From an uncultured Methanosarcinales archaeon (GTDB taxonomy: Archaea; Nanobdellota; Nanobdellia; Woesearchaeales; CAZYIM01), in assembly GCA_964647565.1 (NCBI GenBank), contig CAZYIM010000028.1, positions 9,415-39,713 on the forward strand: 30,299 bases of DNA, given 5' to 3'. This document shows, in pieces, positions 1 through 7,177 of this stretch; the stretch's first letter is position 1; the number at the start of each line of letters is the position of its first letter. The notes under the pieces were generated by a model, which made no database searches, was not told the origin of the DNA, and was given only the letters and a program-made list of their open reading frames with translations. The position numbers and the translations under genes are program-made.

Positions 1-60
1 AGGAGATAGAATGAGTGTCCATCTCCAGTATAAGCGCGCCTCTAGAGACCAGCTTACCTT
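1..60 (-). ncRNA. Possible 5' end of a structured RNA running off the window edge (unidentified)
   Basis: TATA-like ATTTATAAAT at 84-93 lies ~25 nt before position 60 on the minus strand. Two adjacent hairpins (31-56 and 2-26); the mismatch in the 2-26 stem is G.U only on the minus strand. Family not recognised. Confidence 0.25.
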
Positions 61-101
61 GTAGTATGGTGGAAAAAAGAATTATTTATAAATTTAATGT
101 T

Positions 102-545
102 TTAATTCTTTAGAAATTCATCTATTATTTTTTCATATTCTTTTTTATTTCGCATCTCAGTATATAGATTGCATCCTGCGATTATAGTTGGAGTATATAT
201 GACCTGTACATTTAAAGCAGCTATGGCATTTTTACCGTGGGATTCTGATATATCAATATAAGCGAGGGCGATATTTTTTTCAGACTCAATTTCTTTAAGA
301 AGAGGAATCGCATAAGCGCAGGCCTTGCAATATTTTGAATGAATGACAATGACATTATTTTGAAGATTTCTGGCTTCACATTGCTCTAGAGGTATGGGGC
401 CCTCGTAAGAGAGGACTATTGGCATGTTAACAGGTTGAGCCTGGCTTGTTGTTTGGAATGACTGCGTATTTTTCTGCTCTTCACAACCCATACAGAGTAA
501 TATACTGATTACAAGCAGAATTAATAGTTTCATCTTTCCTTTCAT
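102..545 (-). CDS. Secreted/lipid-anchored thioredoxin-fold protein
   Basis: Basic N-terminus, hydrophobic stretch and lipobox-like LCMGC; CKAC (CxxC) after a beta-strand (VIVIHSKY); cis-Pro-loop-like YTPTII. Confidence 0.75.
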   Translation of the reverse strand: MKGKMKLLILLVISILLCMGCEEQKNTQSFQTTSQAQPVNMPIVLSYEGPIPLEQCEARNLQNNVIVIHSKYCKACAYAIPLLKEIESEKNIALAYIDISESHGKNAIAALNVQVIYTPTIIAGCNLYTEMRNKKEYEKIIDEFLKN

Positions 546-594
546 TTTCAGAGGTGATTTTCTTGATTATTAATAATTTACTCTTTATACCCAA

Positions 595-624
595 AACTTG
601 AAATATAAAATTTTATTTCAAGTT
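595..624. repeat. Perfect 11-bp inverted repeat
   Basis: AACTTGAAATA (595-605) / TATTTCAAGTT (614-624), 8-nt spacer, in the divergent intergenic region. Confidence 0.8.
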
Positions 625-707
625 CAAAAATAACCCTGTTATTTTAGAAACTTAGTAAAATTAGGTATTTTTCAAGTTCAAAAATGACGATGTCATTTTA
701 GAAACTT
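616..707. promoter_or_regulatory. Two 38-bp palindromic direct repeats (candidate operators)
   Basis: TTTCAAGTTCAAAAATAACCCTGTTATTTTAGAAACTT (616-653) and TTTCAAGTTCAAAAATGACGATGTCATTTTAGAAACTT (670-707); cores AAAATAAC-N3-GTTATTTT and AAAATGAC-N3-GTCATTTT. Confidence 0.75.
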
Positions 708-708
708 T

Positions 709-716
709 TTTATAAA
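709..716 (+). promoter_or_regulatory. TATA box for the HTH gene (probably leaderless mRNA)
   Basis: TTTATAAA ends ~20 nt before the ATG at 737; no SD. Confidence 0.6.
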
Positions 717-736
717 TCATCATGACTCAATAAGTT

Positions 737-1393
737 ATGCCTGCACTTGAGACCGATCTTGAGAAGAAAACCTTTTCCTCAGAGGATTTATCCCAATTGA
801 TATCTGATGAGATGAAGAAACGGTTAGGCATCACGATAGAAGAGCTGAACAGAGCCATACTCAAGACCCTTGATTCTGGTCTGATGCTCGGGGGTTTTGA
901 TGTCACTAAGGACAGCTTCAAAAAAGCTGAAAAGACTTTTCTGAAAACATTTCTCACATTCTTAGCTGTAAGACATTATGGTAATGTTTCTGCAATAGCA
1001 CGTGCTTCGGGCAAAGACAGAAAGACGATATTGAATCTGGCTAAAAAAGTGGGCGTCAATTTTGACAGTTTCAGGCAGGATATGATGAATCCGCTTGATT
1101 ATCTTAAAAAGCAGGTGAAGCAGAATATCGAAGTAAACTTCAGGAATTACGAGGCTTTTTTAAGTAAGGACTTGGCTAGCAACTTCCAAAAGGGCATCCC
1201 TGATATAACTGACACTCTTGTATCCAGTTTTGATATGGAATCCCTTACTTTAGATGCTGCAAGGGACATCTTTGAGAAGAGCTTTCTTCAAGAAACAATG
1301 ATTGTTTTTAAGGACGTGAAGACTGCTGCTAAGGCAATTGGCATGAATGAACGTACCTTGTATCATAAGTTGCAAAAATATGGGCTGAATTAG
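737..1393 (+). CDS. Protein with two Fis/NtrC-type (HTH_8-like) helix-turn-helix domains
   Basis: SFKKAEKTF...YGNVSAIARASGKDRKTILNLAKKVG and TLDAARDIFEKSFL...VKTAAKAIGMNERTLYHKLQKYGL both match the Fis/NtrC C-terminal pattern; no AAA+ or receiver domain. Confidence 0.8.
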   Translation: MPALETDLEKKTFSSEDLSQLISDEMKKRLGITIEELNRAILKTLDSGLMLGGFDVTKDSFKKAEKTFLKTFLTFLAVRHYGNVSAIARASGKDRKTILNLAKKVGVNFDSFRQDMMNPLDYLKKQVKQNIEVNFRNYEAFLSKDLASNFQKGIPDITDTLVSSFDMESLTLDAARDIFEKSFLQETMIVFKDVKTAAKAIGMNERTLYHKLQKYGLN

Positions 1394-1495
1394 TTTGCAA
1401 AAAACTCCCCAGTTACTTGTTCTTTAACACGATAGAGTTTATAAATATAATTCGCTTATAGGGTATTGAGTGAAAAATAATACACACAGGTAAAA

Positions 1496-1873
1496 ATGCA
1501 TAAATCAAACTGTTCCGGATGTGGAAACATAGGATACGCGACTACACAAACGCCTATACCGCAGTTTAGACCGCAGAATATGCCATATGCTAGGGCTGGC
1601 AATTCAGATATTTCAGATAAACTGCAATTTTCCAGAAATATTAGTGAGTCTAGGAATGAATCTCTAGGCCAATTCAATATGACAGATTCTACTGATTATG
1701 CCTTGAATGTTGGCGGTGCATCTATGCAAGCCAATTACTTTAATCCAGAATCTGAAATGATATCAAGCTCTCGAACAATGGGTGTAGATACATATACTGT
1801 AGCAAATCCAGTTGTTTCAACGGCCAACCTCAGCTATGCAGGTGGCGCGGGAGGATCATCAGGCGGTGGTTAG
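1496..1873 (+). CDS. Hypothetical low-complexity protein (N-terminal CxxC, Gly-rich C-terminus)
   Basis: ATG preceded by CAGGT; TATA-like TTTATAAATA at ~1438-1447; next gene starts 2 nt after its stop. Confidence 0.6.
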   Translation: MHKSNCSGCGNIGYATTQTPIPQFRPQNMPYARAGNSDISDKLQFSRNISESRNESLGQFNMTDSTDYALNVGGASMQANYFNPESEMISSSRTMGVDTYTVANPVVSTANLSYAGGAGGSSGGG

Positions 1874-1875
1874 TC

Positions 1876-2538
1876 TTGAACAGATATGAACCATTGATTT
1901 ATACTCCCCAATCGCAATTTGATGCTCAAATATTACCTCCTAAATCTTATGAAGAGGGGGCTGGTGGGCTTGAGAATAAAATCTTTTCTCAGTCCCAGAG
2001 AAGGAACCATCCCGAACCAGCAGCTCACAAGCCCCCATACTTTATTTCTTGTGGTAGTGATTATTGTAATCCTATCTATAAGCTTCCACCTCTAGTATTG
2101 CCGCCTAAGGTGTTGGATTCTCCGGAGTTATTTGACGACTATATGACTGGTCTTTCTTCTAATCCGATCGCAGGTTATGCTCAACCTCATGTTTACTGGG
2201 GCAAGATGCCTTTTCGAAAGCCTGATCCTGATGAATTTGATTCAAATGGCTATCTCAAACAGAATTTTGGACTTTCAGATGGACTTGCAGGTTCTACTTC
2301 TTCAATCCCTGCAGGCATCACAGTAGTCAAGGTTCCTCCTTATGTCCTGGGAGAGAACGTGCTTGGAAGGGCTTTTATCTATCAGGGATTCATCCAGATC
2401 AGAGAGGATATGCATGGCAATGACTATGAGGAAGTGCTATTGCATGAGTTGCTGCATATATTCCATCCTGAAAAAGATGAAAAAGAAATCAGGGACATGA
2501 CCAGGACAAGATTGCCCTTTGTGTCCAGGTATAATTGA
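1876..2538 (+). CDS. Zincin-like metallopeptidase (HEXXH) with Pro-rich N-terminus
   Basis: VLGRAFIYQGFIQIREDM...EEVLLHELLHIFHPEKDE; TTG start after GGTGG SD-like motif. Confidence 0.7.
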   Translation: MNRYEPLIYTPQSQFDAQILPPKSYEEGAGGLENKIFSQSQRRNHPEPAAHKPPYFISCGSDYCNPIYKLPPLVLPPKVLDSPELFDDYMTGLSSNPIAGYAQPHVYWGKMPFRKPDPDEFDSNGYLKQNFGLSDGLAGSTSSIPAGITVVKVPPYVLGENVLGRAFIYQGFIQIREDMHGNDYEEVLLHELLHIFHPEKDEKEIRDMTRTRLPFVSRYN

Positions 2539-2664
2539 TCAAAAAATAATGAAATCCATTTCTTCTTGGTAGTTTTGCATTCTTTTGTACCTAAATCAAC
2601 TAATGCTATACGAGCGTACTAGGAACAGAAAATCATTTAAAACTAAGAGTTTGAGTTATGTTTG

Positions 2665-3549
2665 ATGGAAAAAGAACATTGGTTTGTGGTAATTACAGGT
2701 GTCCTTTCAGGTCTTATTGTTTTTGGTGGCCAGATATTGGCTAATTTCGGGTTGTCACTATACCAGATTATGTTATTTCCTTCGTTGTTCTCTATGTTGC
2801 TGTTGCCATTTGTAATCTTCAAGAAAGAGTGTAGGATAAAACCTGAAATGCTTAAGCTATTTTTTATTTATGGATTGCTGGGGGCTGTTTCTGTTTTTGG
2901 AGAGTTTTTACCTCTTTTGCTAGGAGTTCCAGTGGCTATTGTAGTGTTATTACTTTATACCCATCCGATCTGGACAATAATACTGAGTAAACTAATTCTT
3001 AAGGAATCTATAACTAAAACTAAATTATTGGCAATGTTCCTCGTAATACTAGGTATGATTATTTTAGTCAATCCTTTTAATGTGAGTGGAATTGGAAATC
3101 CCTTAGGTATTCTCATTGCAATTGGGGGAAGCATAGGTATGTCTTGTTGGATTATTCTGGGAAGGGTTTCTGGCAAGAAAAAAGTACACCCCATAACAAC
3201 TAAGTTCTTCTACACTTTTTTTCTAGTTGTGTGTTTACTTTTGATATATCCTATATTCAGGCATTTTATGTCCGATCCTATTTATACAAATCTCTCTTTT
3301 AATCTTTCAGGCACTATTTGGTTATATATACTCGGATTTGCCATATTTGCCAATATTATTCCTCATCTGTTTTATTATGCAGGTACACTTAAAGTGCAAT
3401 CATCTATCGCGGGGATAATTCTTCTTTTAGAACCTGTTAGTGCAACTTTGTTAGCAGCAATATTCTTAGGTCAGATGCTGACTTGGAATATTTTTATTGG
3501 AGGAATTTTTGTACTTACTGCTAACTGGATTATTTTACGCAAGAGTTAG
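2665..3549 (+). CDS. EamA/DMT-superfamily transporter
   Basis: About 10 TM helices in two repeats; LLYTHPIWTIILSKLILKE and LLLEPVSATLLAAIFLGQ motifs. Confidence 0.9.
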   Translation: MEKEHWFVVITGVLSGLIVFGGQILANFGLSLYQIMLFPSLFSMLLLPFVIFKKECRIKPEMLKLFFIYGLLGAVSVFGEFLPLLLGVPVAIVVLLLYTHPIWTIILSKLILKESITKTKLLAMFLVILGMIILVNPFNVSGIGNPLGILIAIGGSIGMSCWIILGRVSGKKKVHPITTKFFYTFFLVVCLLLIYPIFRHFMSDPIYTNLSFNLSGTIWLYILGFAIFANIIPHLFYYAGTLKVQSSIAGIILLLEPVSATLLAAIFLGQMLTWNIFIGGIFVLTANWIILRKS

Positions 3550-3640
3550 ATTGCATTTTAGTTGTGTTTTTGAACTTCGTTCATAACAATCTTTATATAT
3601 TACCAGCTCTCAGTCTTTCTCAAAGAGAGGTGGGTAGATC

Positions 3641-6337
3641 ATATCTATTGATGAAATTAAAGATAAGAAACTTTCTGAGGTTTTTGAGAAGTTGGGCTCT
3701 GATATCTCTGGATTAAGCCAAGAGGAAGTCCAAAAAAGATATTCTACGTATGGCAAGAACTCTTTTGCTATCCATAAGACCACATCACCTATTATCATGT
3801 TTCTCAAGGAGTTTCTTGAGCTGTTCCCATTATTGCTTCTTGGTGCATCTGCATTGTCTTTTTTCGCACACTACACTTCTCCTGGAGAAGGTTATGACAT
3901 GATTGCATATGCGCTCTTTGCTGTTGTCTTGCTTAATTCAACTGTTTCTTTTATCCAGAAGAGCAAGGTTGAACAGATAATGCGTTCTTTTATGGATTAT
4001 ATTCCTGAAAAAGTGCTAGTCATAAGACGTGGAGAAGAAAGATTGATCGGTGCAGAGAATCTGGTGCCTGGCGACATTATGTTGCTTAAGGAAGGGGATA
4101 AGATTGCTGCAGACAGTGCCATTATAGAGACCTCAAACCTGTTGGTGGATGAGTCGATCCTGACTGGTGAATCAGGACCTGTTAATAAAGTTGAATTCGA
4201 TGCATCTGATGAACCCGATAAAAAAACAGGGTTGGTTTTTTCTGGTACCACTATCCTGACAGGAGATTGCAAAGCTTTGGTGATTTCAACCGGTAAGAGA
4301 AGCAGTTTTGGCTCCATTACAGATCTTGCGCAAAATGTAAAACAGGATCTTACGCCTATGCAAAAAGAGCTGAAAGATTTTGTAAAGAAAATAACTTTTC
4401 TGGCCCTGGGTATTGGTTTTGTTTTCTTCTGCATTGGTTTTTTTATTGGAAATCAATTCTGGACTAATCTGGTTTTTGCAATAGGCATTATTGTGGCTAA
4501 TGTTCCTGAAGGCCTGCTTCCCACAGTTACTTTAGCTTTGACCCAGGCATCCCGTAAGATGGCCAAGAGAAAGGCAGTTGTGAAAAACATCTTATCTGTA
4601 GAAACCCTTGGCAGCACCACGGTCATCTGCACAGATAAGACCGGAACCTTAACTCAGAATAAGCTTGAAGTGGTCCGGTTGTTTTCAAATTTTGAAGATA
4701 TCCATATTTCAAAGTCAGAACTCAACCAGTTTATGCACACTCCTGCAAAAAATCCTATTCTTGAAGTTATGAACCTTTGCAATGACGCAGATCGGATTGT
4801 TGAGGGATCTGAGATTAAATATGCAGGAGATCCAACAGAAGTTGCTCTTAGGGAGTTCTCTGATTTGCTCGTTGATTCAGAACATTTGAAGAAGAATTTT
4901 TTTAGCCTTGATAAGAAATCCTTTAACAGTAAGGATAAATATATGGCGGGTTTATATAGGACTTCGGGTAATACACTTTACACTGTTGTCAAAGGCGCGC
5001 CAGAGGTTATTCTTGAGAAGGTTAGCCAGGTCCATCATGATGGAAACGTAAGGGCCATATCTGATGAAGACAAGGCTGTTCTAAAAAATGCGTATAATCA
5101 ATTTTCTAAGGACGGATTAAGAGTGTTGGCTATGGCATATAACGTGGGTAATCAAAACTGTCAGGATGTTGATGGTCTGGTTTTCTTAGGATTTGTCGGC
5201 ATGATGGATATGCCCAGAAAGGAAGTCTATTCTGCTGTTAAAGCATGTCAGGCAGCAGGCATAAAAATTTTTGTGGTCAGTGGCGACAATGCAGAGACCA
5301 TCAAGGCTATCACTAAAAAGGTTGGCATATCTGAGGATCCTTTTGTTGTTAATGGTGAAGAATTGCAAAGTATGTCCGACTCAAGTTTGTATCAGATTGT
5401 GAAGAAAGATTGTGTTGTTTTTGCCAGGACTTCTCCTTCCCAGAAACTAAGGATTGTTGAAGCAGTTAAGGCTGTTGGTGAAGTTGTGGCAGTGACTGGC
5501 GATGGTGTGAATGATGCGCCTGCCCTAAAAAAGGCAGATATAGGTGTGTCCATGGGGCAATCTGGTACTGATGTGGCCAAGGAGGCTTCTGACATAATTC
5601 TTCTTGATGACAATTTTGCAACAATTGTAGCTGCGGTTGAAGAAGGCAGGACTGTATATGATAATATTAAGAGGTTTATTACTTATATACTTACCAGTAA
5701 CATTCCTGAGATCCTTCCATTTATTGCATATGTCTTGTTTCCTATCCCTCTTCCAATTACTGTGATCCAGATTCTTTGTATTGATTTAATAACTGATATA
5801 TTGCCTGCTATTGGATTGGGCAATGAACCTCCTGAGTCTGATACAATGACCAGGCCTCCAAGAAAGAAAACAGATAAACTGGTTACAGCTAAGACCTTTC
5901 TTCGAAGCTATGGTATTATCGGTCCATTCCAGGCCCTCTTTGCCTTTGCTTTGTTCTTCTTGACCTTTAAGATGTTTGGGATCATACCCAGGGCAGATAT
6001 ACCTCTTACTGACCCTGTATATATGAGTGCCTCAGTAACTTTCCTGGCTGCAATTATTATCTCTCAGATCGGCAATGTTTTGGCCTGCAGGACCAACCGG
6101 CAATCTGCCATACCTCGGTTAAAACGGCTCAACAAATGGATCTTATGGGGTGTTGTGATCGAGATACTATTCTTGCTAGCCATTACCAATCTCCCTTTCC
6201 TTTACAACTTTTTTAATTCAGGGCCTATACGGTTGGACATGCTTCCTTATCTGGCTCTCACTCCTATTTTGCTTTTCATGGTCGAAGAATTGAGAAAGTT
6301 GCTTGTAAGAAAAGGCGTCAAGTTCTTTGCAGTATAG
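3641..6337 (+). CDS. Cation-transporting P-type ATPase, P2C (Na/K-ATPase)-like; probable ATA start at 3641 (ORF track starts at TTG 3692)
   Basis: TGES, VANVPEGL, DKTGTLTQN, KGAPE, TGDGVNDAPALKKADIGV; TM5/TM6 ILTSNIPEILPF and ILCIDLITD. Confidence 0.92.
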   Translation: MSIDEIKDKKLSEVFEKLGSDISGLSQEEVQKRYSTYGKNSFAIHKTTSPIIMFLKEFLELFPLLLLGASALSFFAHYTSPGEGYDMIAYALFAVVLLNSTVSFIQKSKVEQIMRSFMDYIPEKVLVIRRGEERLIGAENLVPGDIMLLKEGDKIAADSAIIETSNLLVDESILTGESGPVNKVEFDASDEPDKKTGLVFSGTTILTGDCKALVISTGKRSSFGSITDLAQNVKQDLTPMQKELKDFVKKITFLALGIGFVFFCIGFFIGNQFWTNLVFAIGIIVANVPEGLLPTVTLALTQASRKMAKRKAVVKNILSVETLGSTTVICTDKTGTLTQNKLEVVRLFSNFEDIHISKSELNQFMHTPAKNPILEVMNLCNDADRIVEGSEIKYAGDPTEVALREFSDLLVDSEHLKKNFFSLDKKSFNSKDKYMAGLYRTSGNTLYTVVKGAPEVILEKVSQVHHDGNVRAISDEDKAVLKNAYNQFSKDGLRVLAMAYNVGNQNCQDVDGLVFLGFVGMMDMPRKEVYSAVKACQAAGIKIFVVSGDNAETIKAITKKVGISEDPFVVNGEELQSMSDSSLYQIVKKDCVVFARTSPSQKLRIVEAVKAVGEVVAVTGDGVNDAPALKKADIGVSMGQSGTDVAKEASDIILLDDNFATIVAAVEEGRTVYDNIKRFITYILTSNIPEILPFIAYVLFPIPLPITVIQILCIDLITDILPAIGLGNEPPESDTMTRPPRKKTDKLVTAKTFLRSYGIIGPFQALFAFALFFLTFKMFGIIPRADIPLTDPVYMSASVTFLAAIIISQIGNVLACRTNRQSAIPRLKRLNKWILWGVVIEILFLLAITNLPFLYNFFNSGPIRLDMLPYLALTPILLFMVEELRKLLVRKGVKFFAV

Positions 6338-6368
6338 ACAAAAAAATTAGTTATAGAAACAATCAGAT

Positions 6369-7043
6369 TTAATGATGTCCTTTTAGAATATGGTGAAGGT
6401 CGCTACTCTTGGGTTTTCCTGGTTTTTTATTTTTTGCTGTATGATGAACCGATTTTTTAGCAGGAGCTTTTTTCTTGGCAATTTTTTTAACGACTTTCTT
6501 TTTCCCTTTGGCTTTTTTATGAGCTCTTTTTTTGCCTTTTGCATTTTCCCTGTCTAACTCAAAATTACCTATCTGTTTGATGACTTCATCTGTCTCTTCA
6601 ATAACATCTTTGAGTACACCCTTTTCTTTCTTGTATTGTTTTACTCCGCCTGAGATGGTATGAACATGACTGGTAAGATTCTGCATGTTCTCTGTTAAAC
6701 TAAGGTGATTAGTCTTTAGAATACCTATCTCTTCCTTGTACATCTCAACCATCTGAAGCAGTATGTTCTTTAATTCTTGATTTTGTTTTATCAGAACATT
6801 GAAATTAGAGAGATCTGCTGTTATATTCTTAGTGGTTTTTTGAAGGTCAACATAGAGATAACTGAGCTTGTTGATGATGTCATTAACCTTTGCATTTAGT
6901 GCAGGATAATTAATCTGTGGTGCACTAATACTCATCAATTTTTGGTTCAATGCTTCAATATTGGTGGCAAGAACTTCGATTTGGGCATGTACAACCTCAT
7001 TTGGTGCCCCTTTTTTTTGTGGAGGATTATTTACTATGTCCAT
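6369..7043 (-). CDS. Hypothetical coiled-coil protein with Lys/Ala/His-rich tail
   Basis: Heptad-like N-terminal two-thirds; tail KKRAHKKAKGKKKVVKKIAKKKAPAKKS; minus-strand TATA (TTTTATATA, 7067-7075) ~23 nt before the ATG. Confidence 0.75.
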   Translation of the reverse strand: MDIVNNPPQKKGAPNEVVHAQIEVLATNIEALNQKLMSISAPQINYPALNAKVNDIINKLSYLYVDLQKTTKNITADLSNFNVLIKQNQELKNILLQMVEMYKEEIGILKTNHLSLTENMQNLTSHVHTISGGVKQYKKEKGVLKDVIEETDEVIKQIGNFELDRENAKGKKRAHKKAKGKKKVVKKIAKKKAPAKKSVHHTAKNKKPGKPKSSDLHHILKGHH

Positions 7044-7122
7044 CAGGACTTCAAAAGGTTGCTCTCTATATAAAACTTTGTTTTCCTGTCAGAGTGAAAA
7101 AGATTTTTCATAATAAACTTAT

Positions 7123-7137
7123 AAAAAGATTTATATA
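7123..7137 (+). promoter_or_regulatory. BRE/TATA promoter of the pilus operon
   Basis: AAAAAGA followed by TTTATATA (7130-7137), upstream of the ATG at 7178. Confidence 0.55.
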
Positions 7138-7177
7138 TACATTCTTTAATAAAAGTTTTAGTTGGCGCTATTTTAAA

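Noticed and set aside
616..707. CRISPR mini-array (38-bp palindromic repeats)
   Set aside because: Only two copies, a 16-nt spacer, repeats that differ internally and no cas genes; the position at a TATA box fits operators better.
1861..1880. Stop-codon readthrough joining the Gly-tailed ORF to the zincin, or a ubiquitin-like GG terminus
   Set aside because: The two ORFs are in different frames, the Gly codons supply a GGTGG SD for TTG 1876, and the upstream protein shows no beta-grasp pattern.
6950..7177. 76-aa N-terminal extension of the secretion ATPase
   Set aside because: Overlaps the divergent gene and both TATA boxes; ATG 7178 is the plausible start.
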